In this document: positions 17,616 to 27,939 of the stretch, in pieces
Numbering within the stretch: position 1 is the stretch's first letter
How the letters are laid out: each line of letters begins with the position of its first letter
Assembly (NCBI GenBank): GCA_944331835.1
Contig: CALVIU010000001.1
Coordinates: 1-49,950 of the forward strand
Source of the DNA: an uncultured Bacilli bacterium
Lineage (GTDB): Bacteria; Bacillota_I; Bacilli_A; RF39; UBA660
Direction of reading: 5' to 3'
Length of the DNA stretch: 49,950 bases
Made by a program: the position numbers and the translations under genes
Notes under the pieces: generated by a model
The model's input: only the letters and a program-made list of their open reading frames with translations
Told to the model about the DNA's origin: nothing
The model's database searches: none

Positions 17616-18647
17616 ATGAAGAAAAAAATAATTGGATTATGTGCTATTTTACTTCTTGCTAGTGGTTGTGGTAAAGTACCTACATTAGAAAATGGTCAAG
17701 AAGCAATCGTAACTTTTGAAAATGGCGAAATGATTAGTGTCGATGACTTTTATCAAATGATTAAAGATGATTTTGGTTTACAAGCTCTAATCACAATGAT
17801 TGATACTTATGTATTAGAAACTGAATTTGCTGATTATAAGGATACAGCAAGAGAATCTGGAGATGCTATGGTTGATGCTTATATCGAATCATATGGTGGT
17901 GAAGATGCCTTACTTGCTCAACTTCAACAATTAGGTTATCAAACTATAGATGCTTACCGTGATTACTGGTATCTATCAATGTTACAAAGTCATGCTATCG
18001 AAGAATATGCTAAAGATCAAATAACTGATGAACAAATTCAAGAATACTATGATAATGATGTTATTGGAGACATGGAAATTAACCATATTTTAATTACTCC
18101 AAATGTTGATGAAGACGCAACTGATGAAGAAACCGATGCTGCTGAAGAAGAAGCACAAGCAACTGTTGAAGAAATAATAGCTAAACTTGATGAAGCTAAA
18201 GCAAATGGTGAAGATATCGAAGAGATTTTCGGAGAACTTGCTGCTGAATACTCAGAAGATGAATCTACAAAAGACGATAATGGTTCATTAGGAAGAATTA
18301 ATTACGGTAGTGATTTAGGAAGTGAATATGATGAACTAGTTGCAGCTGCTGCTGAACTTGCAGATGGCGAATATTCTACTGAAGTCATTACTACTGAACT
18401 AGGATACCATGTAATATTAAGAGTAAAAAGTTATGAAAAAGAAGCTTTAGATGATTTAAAAGATGAAATTCTTCAAACTTTAGCAGAAGAATATGTAAAT
18501 GATAATGCAGATGCTGGGCTTAATGCTTTACAACATTACAGAAGAGAATATGGAATGGAAATCCAAGATGATGAAATAAATAGACAATATTCAAACTATA
18601 TTCAAAGCTTATTACTACAAATTCAAGAATCCTCAAGTAGTAATTAA
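17616..18647 (+). CDS. prsA: Foldase lipoprotein PrsA (parvulin-type peptidyl-prolyl isomerase)
   Basis: Lipobox LLASGC. PpiC domain with EINHILI, GSLGRINYG and GYHVILRV. SD AAGGAG upstream. Confidence 0.85.
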   Translation: MKKKIIGLCAILLLASGCGKVPTLENGQEAIVTFENGEMISVDDFYQMIKDDFGLQALITMIDTYVLETEFADYKDTARESGDAMVDAYIESYGGEDALLAQLQQLGYQTIDAYRDYWYLSMLQSHAIEEYAKDQITDEQIQEYYDNDVIGDMEINHILITPNVDEDATDEETDAAEEEAQATVEEIIAKLDEAKANGEDIEEIFGELAAEYSEDESTKDDNGSLGRINYGSDLGSEYDELVAAAAELADGEYSTEVITTELGYHVILRVKSYEKEALDDLKDEILQTLAEEYVNDNADAGLNALQHYRREYGMEIQDDEINRQYSNYIQSLLLQIQESSSSN

Positions 18648-18658
18648 ACAAACTTATA

Positions 18659-18688
18659 AAGCGATTGATTTTAAAATCATCGCTTTTT
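18659..18688 (+). terminator. Terminator after prsA
   Basis: Stem AAGCGAT/ATCGCTT followed by TTT. Confidence 0.5.
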
Positions 18689-18697
18689 AGTTGCAAG

Positions 18698-18719
18698 AAA
18701 AAACTAACCATAAGGTTAG
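18698..18719 (-). terminator. Terminator of the 426-aa gene, overlapping its stop codon
   Basis: The minus strand reads CTAACC-TTAT-GGTTAG followed by T6. Confidence 0.55.
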
Positions 18720-19996
18720 CCGTTAGTAGATCCTATATCTTCTGCTTTACAATCTCCAAAAGGATCAAACAAACAATCTGTACAATCCGTAAACTCTGAA
18801 TCAGAGAAAGCTTCGCTTGCCCCATTTACTAAGGATAATAAGAAATTAAGTATTGTTGGAATTAAAAATATTATTATTGCAATTAATATTCTCTTAATCA
18901 AAGATACAACTGCTTCTTTCGGCGCTTTATCATCGCTTGATATTGTAGCTTTAGCAAAATCAACAGTACCTAAAATAATCAATAACAATGGGACTACTAA
19001 CTTAGCTACATAAAGTATATAACCTACTATTTGAAATGTTTTACGAACACCCTTTTGTTCGCAAAAATTTATTTCTTCAATTTCCAATCCCAATTGTTCA
19101 TTACCTATGCCATCATCAACTATTGGTGCATCAGGATCATATTCCTCTGCTTCTCCCATTTCAATACTTCCTTGGGTCTCATCATCATCATATGCTGCAA
19201 TATAATATACTGTAGAATCATAATTAATTTTAATATTTTTAATAGAATAATCACCATTATTATTACTATAAATTCTCTCAGGATTTAATATTATATATGT
19301 GTTATTATTATATGTAGTTGTAAGACCATTGCTATCCCTAGCAGTTGAACCACCATACATAGAATTTTGATCAGTTATCACAAAATATCTCCCAACAGTA
19401 TTATTGCTCAAAGATTCAAATCCTAATTCTATATTTACAGTATTACCTAAAATTTCTTTAGAAAATGTTTTACAGTATATGGCACTTTCAATATGACATT
19501 TTCCAGAATCCTCATCATCTTGCGAATTACTAGAACTATCATTATTCCCCGATGAACTTCTAGTAGAATATGTATAACATGTTTGATTAGATGGACACGT
19601 ATCATCAATAAAGTAATCTCCATTTGAATACATATAAAGATTACTTGGACAAGTATTAGTAACTGAATAATTATCTAGGAATGAAGCATAATCAAAATTA
19701 TTATAATAAAGTCTAAAACCATTTACTTCATGATAATTTTGAAAACTATTACTATTTACAATTAAATTGCTTCCACCGTTATTATAAGATGCATATATTC
19801 CTCTATTACTTCCCGAAAAAGTTATAGATGTTATGTAATTACTAGGAGTAGAAGCACTAATTAAAGAATAAGAACAATTAATTCCTTCATCTAAAATATC
19901 TTTATATTCCGAATAAATATCATCCCAATTTTCACAACCGCACAACATTAACATAAAAACAAATAACACAATTACTTTTATTTTCATTTCGTTCAC
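18716..19996 (-). CDS. Lipoprotein-signal protein with an N/S/Y-rich ectodomain and a C-terminal two-TM Cys-tailed module paralogous to the 25653-26099 product
   Basis: Lipobox-like MLMLCGC. Internal repeat TCPSN..Y / TCPSNQTCY. C-terminal residues 311-426, FCEQKGVRKTFQIVGY...GTVDFAKATISSDDKAPKEAVVSLIKR...PTIL...CTDCLFDPFGDC, align with the 148-aa protein. Confidence 0.7.
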   Translation of the reverse strand: MNEMKIKVIVLFVFMLMLCGCENWDDIYSEYKDILDEGINCSYSLISASTPSNYITSITFSGSNRGIYASYNNGGSNLIVNSNSFQNYHEVNGFRLYYNNFDYASFLDNYSVTNTCPSNLYMYSNGDYFIDDTCPSNQTCYTYSTRSSSGNNDSSSNSQDDEDSGKCHIESAIYCKTFSKEILGNTVNIELGFESLSNNTVGRYFVITDQNSMYGGSTARDSNGLTTTYNNNTYIILNPERIYSNNNGDYSIKNIKINYDSTVYYIAAYDDDETQGSIEMGEAEEYDPDAPIVDDGIGNEQLGLEIEEINFCEQKGVRKTFQIVGYILYVAKLVVPLLLIILGTVDFAKATISSDDKAPKEAVVSLIKRILIAIIIFLIPTILNFLLSLVNGASEAFSDSEFTDCTDCLFDPFGDCKAEDIGSTNG

Positions 19997-20036
19997 TCTC
20001 TTTGCTTAAATTATAACATAATCATTATAAACAAGT

Positions 20037-20801
20037 CTATAAATAATTATTTATATCGATATTGTAATCAAAACCTTTACTATAAAGATACATTTTAACT
20101 TTTAATTCTAAATCTTTCCCTTGATATTTCTTACTACATTTTTTTATTGCTTTATTTATTTCCTTATTTAATATTTCTTCATCATTTTGATAATCAATAT
20201 TATTAAGCAATTTATTAATCATTTCTAGATTATATCCTAAATTAATTAAATCACTTTTTATTTTATTAATTAACATTTTCTTAGATAAATTATGATTAGA
20301 CTTTATTTTTTTATTTATAATTTTTATTATTTTTTCTTCCCATAAATCATTACAGTATTTATCTATATATGTATTAACAATTTCCTCTTTAAATCCTAGT
20401 TTAATCAATTCCTGTCTAATTTTTCTAGGTCCTTTCAATGTTAAATTCACTTGATCACTAATATATGCTTTTATATAAATATCATCATTTAAATATTTTT
20501 GGTTTTCTAATCTCTTTATAGTATTTAATACAACATTATTAGTATACCCTAACTTTTTTAATTTATCTTCTATTTCTTTTTTAGTTCGAAGTTTTGCTTT
20601 AATATAACTTAATGCTTTATAATATGCCGCTGATTCATTATTAAACGCTAACATCTCCTGTAAAGTTTTATCATCAAAAGTCTTATTTACCAATAAGTTA
20701 TATTTAATTATTGTATCATCATAAAAACTTAGTGAAGTATTATCACTAAGTAATATTTGATATAGATTATTTTTTTTCTTGCTTATTTTTTTTATCTCCA
20801 T
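20037..20801 (-). CDS. recX: Regulatory protein RecX
   Basis: Typical Firmicutes RecX size (~254 aa). Repeated three-helix segments (YYKALSYIKAKLRTKKEIEDKLKKLGY...VLNTIKRLENQKYLNDDIYIKAYI). Confidence 0.65.
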   Translation of the reverse strand: MEIKKISKKKNNLYQILLSDNTSLSFYDDTIIKYNLLVNKTFDDKTLQEMLAFNNESAAYYKALSYIKAKLRTKKEIEDKLKKLGYTNNVVLNTIKRLENQKYLNDDIYIKAYISDQVNLTLKGPRKIRQELIKLGFKEEIVNTYIDKYCNDLWEEKIIKIINKKIKSNHNLSKKMLINKIKSDLINLGYNLEMINKLLNNIDYQNDEEILNKEINKAIKKCSKKYQGKDLELKVKMYLYSKGFDYNIDINNYL

Positions 20802-21781
20802 TAGTTATTTTCTTTCGTTATATAAGCCTTACATGCATCATCCAAGTCTTTAGCCAAATCTTCCATTACTTTATAATCTTTACTGCGACATCCTGATGCA
20901 AACTTATGTCCTCCCCCATTATATTTACTAGCCACTTCATTTATAACTGGTCCACGACTTCTAATATTTGCTTTGTATATTTCATTTCGCTCATCATAAA
21001 CAACAAACATCCAACATAATAGTTCTTTGATAAAGTAAAAATCATTTACTTGATTTGAAACAATTGTTGCTTCAACATTATACTTCTTTAAATCTTCTGC
21101 TGATACATAAATAAATCCAAAATAATTATCACTTATTTCGATATGATTAATTAAAAAAGCTCTAAATTTTTCTTCAACAATACTTCTTTCATATAAGTTA
21201 TCATATAAAGGTACAAAGTCAATTTTACTAGTTGTAAGTAAATTATAAACCGTTTTAAATGTTTCTGTACTAGTATTTTGTAGTAAAAATCTATCACTAT
21301 CAAAAACCATTCCTGTATATAGATTCTCAGCAATCTTTTGATCCATTACTAACTTAGTTTCCATAATCAAATTAGCAATCATTTCACAAGTACTACTCAT
21401 TGCCTCATCCGTCCAGTCGACATCTCCGATAATATCTTCTGCTGGATGATGATCTATTTTTAATATCGCTTGATACTCCAAACCTTCAATACCATCAACT
21501 CGAAAAAAGTTTGGAACATCTAATACTATTAATAAAGGATTATTTAATTCAGTTAAATCTGGTTTATCTAAATTCCCAAGATATTTAAACTTTGAAACTC
21601 CTGCCCCAATAGCATAAACTTTTTTATCAGGAAAAGTAAGTCTGATAGAATCTCTTAATGCTATTTGACTAGCAATAGCATCTGGATCGGGTCCAATATG
21701 TCTAGCCAGTACTATTTCATCATAATCTTTGATTATCTTAAATATTTTTTTGTATAATTCTCTTTTAATTATACTCACCAC
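20801..21781 (-). CDS. nrnA: DHH/DHHA1 family phosphoesterase (NrnA-like oligoribonuclease / pAp phosphatase)
   Basis: Motifs HIGPDPDAIAS, KIDHHP and GGGHKFASG. Confidence 0.8.
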   Translation of the reverse strand: MVSIIKRELYKKIFKIIKDYDEIVLARHIGPDPDAIASQIALRDSIRLTFPDKKVYAIGAGVSKFKYLGNLDKPDLTELNNPLLIVLDVPNFFRVDGIEGLEYQAILKIDHHPAEDIIGDVDWTDEAMSSTCEMIANLIMETKLVMDQKIAENLYTGMVFDSDRFLLQNTSTETFKTVYNLLTTSKIDFVPLYDNLYERSIVEEKFRAFLINHIEISDNYFGFIYVSAEDLKKYNVEATIVSNQVNDFYFIKELLCWMFVVYDERNEIYKANIRSRGPVINEVASKYNGGGHKFASGCRSKDYKVMEDLAKDLDDACKAYITKENN

Positions 21782-21784
21782 TTT

Positions 21785-22972
21785 CTAATTTCCTTTTTGT
21801 GCAAGCTCCATTGTATCAATAGCAATCATCAATTCTTCATTAGTTGGAACTACATAAACTGGTATTTTAGAGTTATCAGTTGTAATAAGTCTAAATTCTC
21901 CTCTAAAATCATTCTTAGATTCATCAATTTCTACTCCTAGTGAAGAAATACGATCCAAAATCATCTTTCGCATTGGTTTACTATTTTCACCAACTCCAGC
22001 AGTTAAACAAATAACATCAGCCCCATTTAATAAATTATTATACATAGCAATATAATTAGCAATCTTTTGGGCATATATTTCTTGAGCCAAAATTGCTCTT
22101 TCATTACCCTCATCAGCAGCTACTTCAACATCTCTTGAATCACTACTTACTCCGCTTACTCCAAGTAATCCACTTTTCTTATTAAGTTCATTTGTAAGTT
22201 CACTTAATGACTTTCCAGTCTTCTTATTCATATATTCTAAGATACTAGCATCGATATCTCCACTACGAGTTCCCATCATAATACCTGCAAGTGGTGTAAA
22301 TCCCATAGATGTATCTACAACTTTACCTGAATCTATCGCCGTAACGCTACCACCATTACCAATATGACAAGAAATTACCTTTAAATCATTTCTTTCAAAA
22401 TATTCGCTAATAGTTTTATTGATAAATCTATGGCTTGTTCCATGGAATCCATACTTTCTTACTTGATATTCCTCATACCATTCATATGGTACTGGATATA
22501 AATATTCAGTTGCAGCCATAGTTGTATGAAAAGCCGTATCAAATACACCTACTTGAATAACTCCAGGTAAGACTTCCATAAATGCTCTAACTCCCATAAT
22601 ATTTGCAGGATTATGAAGCGGCGCCAAATCATTATATTTAGATATTCTTTCTAAAATATCTTCATTTAAAACTACAGATGCTGTAAATTCTTGACCGCCA
22701 TGAACTAATCTATGACCTACTCCTTCAATATCACTCAAAGAACTAATAATATTTAAATTGACTAATTCATCCATTAAAACTTTTACTGCAACAGCGTGAT
22801 CAGCAAGATCACTTTCTTTAGTAATTTTTTCACCATTATATTTAATAGTATAAAAACTACCATCAAGACCAATTTTTTCAAAATAGCCACTAGCAATAAC
22901 TTCTTGTGCTGGCATTTCAATCAATGTAAATTTAAGTGATGAAGAACCAGCATTTACTGATAATATTTTCAT
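21785..22972 (-). CDS. ackA: Acetate kinase
   Basis: Motifs MKILSVNAGSSSLKF, GHRLVHGG, FHGTSH and VPTNEELMIA. Confidence 0.95.
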   Translation of the reverse strand: MKILSVNAGSSSLKFTLIEMPAQEVIASGYFEKIGLDGSFYTIKYNGEKITKESDLADHAVAVKVLMDELVNLNIISSLSDIEGVGHRLVHGGQEFTASVVLNEDILERISKYNDLAPLHNPANIMGVRAFMEVLPGVIQVGVFDTAFHTTMAATEYLYPVPYEWYEEYQVRKYGFHGTSHRFINKTISEYFERNDLKVISCHIGNGGSVTAIDSGKVVDTSMGFTPLAGIMMGTRSGDIDASILEYMNKKTGKSLSELTNELNKKSGLLGVSGVSSDSRDVEVAADEGNERAILAQEIYAQKIANYIAMYNNLLNGADVICLTAGVGENSKPMRKMILDRISSLGVEIDESKNDFRGEFRLITTDNSKIPVYVVPTNEELMIAIDTMELAQKGN

Positions 22973-23017
22973 TTATTTTCACCTCCCTTTTATTATACAA
23001 AAAAAAAGATATTTTTA

Positions 23018-23263
23018 CTATCCTTTTCCTGAAAATTCCTTATTTTTTACGTTATTTTGATTGGTATAAGTTACTTTCTTATCATAATCAATTACTCTTC
23101 TCAAACTACTTTCCAAATTATATCCATAAGGATTACTTAATTCCATTGCTAACTTTTCTAATCTACTACTATTAGTTACATCATACCCTTTATAATAGTA
23201 GTCACTTGCTTTAAACATAACATCACCACTATTATTATGGTAATATTTATATTTTTTAAACAT
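23018..23263 (-). CDS. Hypothetical 81-aa Y/N/K-rich protein
   Basis: ORF-track ORF in an otherwise empty gap between thiI and ackA. I recognise no motif. Confidence 0.4.
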   Translation of the reverse strand: MFKKYKYYHNNSGDVMFKASDYYYKGYDVTNSSRLEKLAMELSNPYGYNLESSLRRVIDYDKKVTYTNQNNVKNKEFSGKG

Positions 23264-23313
23264 TTATCATTTTATTTTCAATTTGTTCTCTTAATATTAA
23301 ACTTTTTTATTCT

Positions 23314-24504
23314 TTACAATATATCTTCGTAAGTCTTATCTTCTTCTACACCAACACAAATTACTTCATGTCCCTTTATTGCTTCATGAATCAACTCTTT
23401 ATATGGTATTAATTTTTCATATTCTTGTGCTTTTATACTACTTGGATTAATTACTGGATGATCCGGAACAAAAATAGTACAACAATCTTCATAAGGTAAA
23501 GTACTTATATCATATGTTCCAATTTTTTTTGCCAAATCTATTATCTCTAATTTATCAAAACAAGCTACTGGTCTTATCACCGGCATCTTTACTACTTCAT
23601 TAATAACTCGCATACTTGTTAAAGTTTGACTGGCAACTTGCCCAATAGATTCCCCATTAACTAGTATATTACATTTATTATTATGAGCAATAATAGCACT
23701 AATCCGATACATCATTCTACGCATTATTGTAATCAAATACTCATGGGGAATATTTTTAAGAATTTCTTCTTGAATGTGCGTAAAATTAATTACATGTAAT
23801 TTAACTTGCGAATTATATTTAGCAAGTACTCGTGATAACTTAATTACTTTTTCTTTAGCAAATTCACTAGTGTGCGGCGGACTTTCAAAATAGATTCCTT
23901 CTATTTTTACTCCTCTTTTAATAGTAAGGTAACCTGCAACTGGAGAATCAATTCCTCCACTTAACATGAGAAGACCCTTACCAAGTGTTCCAACTGGATA
24001 ACCTCCAAGACCAGATAAGCCATTAAAATAATAAAGTACTTCATTTTTTCTAATTTCTACACTTACTAAAAGTTCTGGATTATGAACATCGACACTTATT
24101 CCTTCAATATTTTTTAAAATATGCCCTCCGATAGTTCTACTAACTTCCATACTATTTATTGGATAATTTTTATCACTTCTTTTAGTAACTACTTTAAAAG
24201 TTTTAAACTCTTTATCTTTAATTAATTCTAAAACATGTTCCTTTATATTAGTTATTTCTCTTTCATCACTTATATAACCTACAATTACTTCATGTATTCC
24301 AAAAATACATTTTAATCTTTCAACAGTCTTTTCAATATCTTCTTCATTTACTTCAATAAACATTCTACCAAAATCATAAGTAATTGTATGTTTTATATCA
24401 CTTAAATTATTACTTATATTATTCTTTAAAGATTTTAAGAAATAATTAATATTATCTTTCTTAGTTGAAAGCTCTCCATATTTAATAATTATAATATGTT
24501 TCAT
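23314..24504 (-). CDS. thiI: tRNA 4-thiouridine synthase ThiI
   Basis: THUMP-like N-terminal region. PP-loop SGGIDSPVAGY. It follows cysteine desulfurase, as in Bacillus nifZ-thiI. Confidence 0.9.
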   Translation of the reverse strand: MKHIIIIKYGELSTKKDNINYFLKSLKNNISNNLSDIKHTITYDFGRMFIEVNEEDIEKTVERLKCIFGIHEVIVGYISDEREITNIKEHVLELIKDKEFKTFKVVTKRSDKNYPINSMEVSRTIGGHILKNIEGISVDVHNPELLVSVEIRKNEVLYYFNGLSGLGGYPVGTLGKGLLMLSGGIDSPVAGYLTIKRGVKIEGIYFESPPHTSEFAKEKVIKLSRVLAKYNSQVKLHVINFTHIQEEILKNIPHEYLITIMRRMMYRISAIIAHNNKCNILVNGESIGQVASQTLTSMRVINEVVKMPVIRPVACFDKLEIIDLAKKIGTYDISTLPYEDCCTIFVPDHPVINPSSIKAQEYEKLIPYKELIHEAIKGHEVICVGVEEDKTYEDIL

Positions 24505-24512
24505 AAATCCCC

Positions 24513-25640
24513 CTATCTAACCATACTTAATTTTTCATATACTTCTTTAAATATACTTAAAAATTTATTTACTTCCTCCGTTGTTGTAACATAAGACAAA
24601 CTAATTCTTATTGTATGTTTGCTTCTTTTCACATCATCATATATCGCAGCTACACTATGAGATACTTCCCCACTAGCACAAGCCGTATTAGTACTTACAT
24701 ATATTTCATATTTTTCCAAAGCATGAATCATCGTTTCTGGCATGACATTCATAATACTAATATTTAATATGTGCGGAATTGAATACTTAGTTTTATTAAT
24801 TTTAATATTAGGATACTTTTCCATAACATTTACTATTTTATCATTTAATAATCCCACAAATCTTTCTCTTTTTTCCAAATCATTACAAGCAAGTCTGACT
24901 GCTTTTGATAATGCAGCAATCAAAGGAAGTGGTGGTGTCCCTGGTTTTAAATCATTACTCTTACCAGAACCATAGATAAGTGGTGTTATTTTTACCATAC
25001 TACTTTTATAAAGAAATCCAATCCCTTTAGAGCCAAATATCTTATGGGCTGACATACTTGCCAAATCGACATCATGAAAATTAACTGGCACTTTTCCAAT
25101 TGCTTGAGTCATATCAGAATGAAAAATTGTCGCAATATTTTCTTTTTTAATGATTTGTCTTATCATTTTAAGTGGCTGACGAACTCCAGTTTCCGAGTTT
25201 ACTGCACAGATACTTACTAAAATTGTATCTTCTCGCACCTTTTCTTTCAAATCATCAAAATCGATCAAACCTTCTTGATCATTATTGACATAATCGATTA
25301 TAAAGCCAATGCTTTTTAAATAATCGCAAATTGCATAAATCGAAGGATGTTCTAATTTTGAAACAATAATATGTTTTCCCTTTTTGTGATGTGCCATAGC
25401 AACCCCAATTAAAGCCATATTATTAGCCTCAGTTGCTCCACTAGTATAAACGATTTCATTACTATTAACCCCAAAAATATCGGCGATTTGCTTCGTCGCA
25501 CTTTCTAACAAATCCGCCGATTTTTTCCCTAAAGAATGAATTGAATTGGCATTACCAATAAATTCCTTAGTAACTTTCGAAATTGTATCTAACACTTCAT
25601 AAGATACTGGAGTGGTAGCACTATAATCCAAATATATCAT
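24513..25640 (-). CDS. Cysteine desulfurase (NifS/IscS/NifZ family, class V aminotransferase)
   Basis: Motifs IYLDYSATTP, PLP lysine context SAHKIFGSKGIG, and active-site TNTACASG. Confidence 0.9.
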   Translation of the reverse strand: MIYLDYSATTPVSYEVLDTISKVTKEFIGNANSIHSLGKKSADLLESATKQIADIFGVNSNEIVYTSGATEANNMALIGVAMAHHKKGKHIIVSKLEHPSIYAICDYLKSIGFIIDYVNNDQEGLIDFDDLKEKVREDTILVSICAVNSETGVRQPLKMIRQIIKKENIATIFHSDMTQAIGKVPVNFHDVDLASMSAHKIFGSKGIGFLYKSSMVKITPLIYGSGKSNDLKPGTPPLPLIAALSKAVRLACNDLEKRERFVGLLNDKIVNVMEKYPNIKINKTKYSIPHILNISIMNVMPETMIHALEKYEIYVSTNTACASGEVSHSVAAIYDDVKRSKHTIRISLSYVTTTEEVNKFLSIFKEVYEKLSMVR

Positions 25641-25652
25641 AGCATTTCCTCC

Positions 25653-26099
25653 CTAATTACCTGATGCCCTTAAATCTTCGGCTTGTTTAATATAAGCATC
25701 ACAAGAACCACTAGTTGGATCAAGTAAACATGTTTCACATGCTTCAATCTCATTTAAACCACCAGTAATATTATCAATCATATCAAAGATTACTTTAACA
25801 ATAGTTGGAACAAAGAAAATTGCCATACCTACAATTGCTCTTTTTAAAAGTGATACGGCAGCACCTTTAACACCTTTATCATCGCCACTTAACACGGCTT
25901 TAACAAAATCAATTACCCCAAAAACAATAATAATTATTGGTATTAGTATTTTTAAAACAAATATTCCATATCCAACAAATTGCCATATAGCTGAAGTTCT
26001 TACACAAAACTGTGGATCTGTCGTAGCAGCCATAGCATCAGGCATAAAAATACCAAAACCTAAAAAGATAGTTACCAAAAACAAAAATTTCTTCTTCAT
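25653..26099 (-). CDS. Secreted/two-TM small membrane protein with a conserved Cys-containing tail (148 aa), function unknown
   Basis: Signal peptide ending ...PDAMA/AT. Two TM helices flank VIDFVKAVLSGDDKGVKGAAVSLLKR. Tail CETCLLDPTSGSCD. The gene is packed at 8-12 nt gaps between ezrA and the cysteine desulfurase gene. Confidence 0.7.
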   Translation of the reverse strand: MKKKFLFLVTIFLGFGIFMPDAMAATTDPQFCVRTSAIWQFVGYGIFVLKILIPIIIIVFGVIDFVKAVLSGDDKGVKGAAVSLLKRAIVGMAIFFVPTIVKVIFDMIDNITGGLNEIEACETCLLDPTSGSCDAYIKQAEDLRASGN

Positions 26100-26107
26100 A
26101 ATATCTC

Positions 26108-27832
26108 CTACTTATATTCTTCTAGCAAACGTTTATGGATACCAGGTTCAACAATATTTATGGCATTTATGGCATTTTCCAAACTACTCTTGAAGTTACC
26201 TTTAGCAAACATATTTTCTGCCTTTACCAATCCAAAATCAACTTCTTTATTTGTTACACGATACCTATTTCCATAAACAATTGCTACCTCTGCCATTCTC
26301 GCGGTTTTAACCGTTTCATTAATCGTATTATAAACTTTTAAAACCAAATCCCTAGCCGTATCAACTCGTAAATTTAAAATTTTAATCGAAATTGGTCTTT
26401 TATCTAAAGCTTTAATAAGCTCATCAATTGCTTCCATCGCCTCTGCTAGTTCAACATAATAATTTTTAGGTACTGCTGGTAATTTAAATGAACGAATTTT
26501 ATCTTTTGTTTGATTTAAAATCTTCTTAATTTCTTCAAGTTGTTCTCTTGCTCGAAGTTCATCTTCTTTTAAACTTCCCAAAGTCTTCAAAGCACCATTT
26601 AATTTTTCTTCCGTCTTAACCAATTTAGAATTAATAATTTCCATTTCTCGAGCCAACTTAGAATAAGATAAAATATGACTTCTTGCAACATCAACTATTT
26701 TATCATAACTTGCCCGAATATTCATTATTTCTTGTTTAATTTCTGCAATAACTGCCACTTCATCATCAGTTAAATCATAACTATATTTAATATCATCTAT
26801 CTTTTTATATAATTCATTGTTTACTTTTTCTAACTTAGTAGCCTTAATTAAAATACTTCTACTATAATCTTCATATATTTTTTTACTTATTCTTTCTTTA
26901 TCAAAATCATTATATAAAGAATCAAAATAATCATGCATTGTTTTAAGTTCAAATAATGAATCCTCAATATTTAAAACGTTTAATCTTTGAAATATATCTT
27001 GAATTTTTTTATCAGCTTCTGCTATATTATAGTCAATATTTAAATATTCCAAATTGTAGCCTTCCCGCGTCATCTTTTCAACTATATTCTTTATATCTTC
27101 TATCTTTTTAGGAATTAAATTTTTACCTAAATTTACTATTGGTCTCGTTTCATCTACAACAACTTTTAAATTATCGATAATATCGGCAATTGCCTTAACA
27201 ATTTTACCTACTTCAGTATAGGCATTTTGTTCCATCGCAACTTCAAAAGTTTGAAATAGCTTATCAACATTTTCAAATTGTAATTCTATCGGCACTTTAA
27301 TTAATGCATAATCTTCTTCATAATCTTTGTAATTAGCAACAATTTCACGATATTGTGCCTTAAGTTTTGTAATTGTTTCTCTATTTCTTTCTTCACTTAA
27401 TGTAACATCTTTTATTTCATCTAGTAAAAAAGAAGCCTTAGTCTTTAAATTATTTAAATCAAAATCCGCTTTTAAAATAAGACCTTTTAACTCTTTAAAG
27501 TTTCGATCTTCAAATAATTCTTCAATCTCATTAATTGTATCTGTTATCTTCGGCATTTCAACATCTCGAATATTATTAAATCTTTTTTTCCAATCATCTA
27601 ATTTTGCCCGCATTTCATCATTATTAACTAAAGCTTCAACTTTATTTAATTCCGAAAGCATACTTGCTGAAATAACCAAATTCTTTTCCTTTTCTAATTC
27701 ATCTATTTGTTTCTTTAATTTATTTTTTTCTTTACGATTTATTAAATTTAAAATAACAATCACGACTATAACAGTTACTATATAATAAGCAACCGCTAGT
27801 AACAAAAAAGTTGTTCTTCCCATTACATTCAC
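26108..27832 (-). CDS. ezrA: Septation ring formation regulator EzrA
   Basis: Single N-terminal TM segment followed by ~540 aa of coiled coil. Size (574 aa) and synteny with cysteine desulfurase-thiI match Bacillus. Confidence 0.8.
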   Translation of the reverse strand: MNVMGRTTFLLLAVAYYIVTVIVVIVILNLINRKEKNKLKKQIDELEKEKNLVISASMLSELNKVEALVNNDEMRAKLDDWKKRFNNIRDVEMPKITDTINEIEELFEDRNFKELKGLILKADFDLNNLKTKASFLLDEIKDVTLSEERNRETITKLKAQYREIVANYKDYEEDYALIKVPIELQFENVDKLFQTFEVAMEQNAYTEVGKIVKAIADIIDNLKVVVDETRPIVNLGKNLIPKKIEDIKNIVEKMTREGYNLEYLNIDYNIAEADKKIQDIFQRLNVLNIEDSLFELKTMHDYFDSLYNDFDKERISKKIYEDYSRSILIKATKLEKVNNELYKKIDDIKYSYDLTDDEVAVIAEIKQEIMNIRASYDKIVDVARSHILSYSKLAREMEIINSKLVKTEEKLNGALKTLGSLKEDELRAREQLEEIKKILNQTKDKIRSFKLPAVPKNYYVELAEAMEAIDELIKALDKRPISIKILNLRVDTARDLVLKVYNTINETVKTARMAEVAIVYGNRYRVTNKEVDFGLVKAENMFAKGNFKSSLENAINAINIVEPGIHKRLLEEYK

Positions 27833-27939
27833 CTTACTACAACTAGTTTACCATATAATCGACAATTTTTAAAGACAATTTAAAATTTGCATATAAAAAA
27901 TTTAAGTACATATACTTTACTAGATTAACGGAGGCGAAT

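Noticed and set aside
11889-23175. Short ORFs 11889-12089, 16131-16328, 18520-18711 and 22936-23175
   Set aside because: They overlap gene ends or promoters of well-supported genes, and they are hydrophobic or low-complexity as expected from AT-rich antisense frames.
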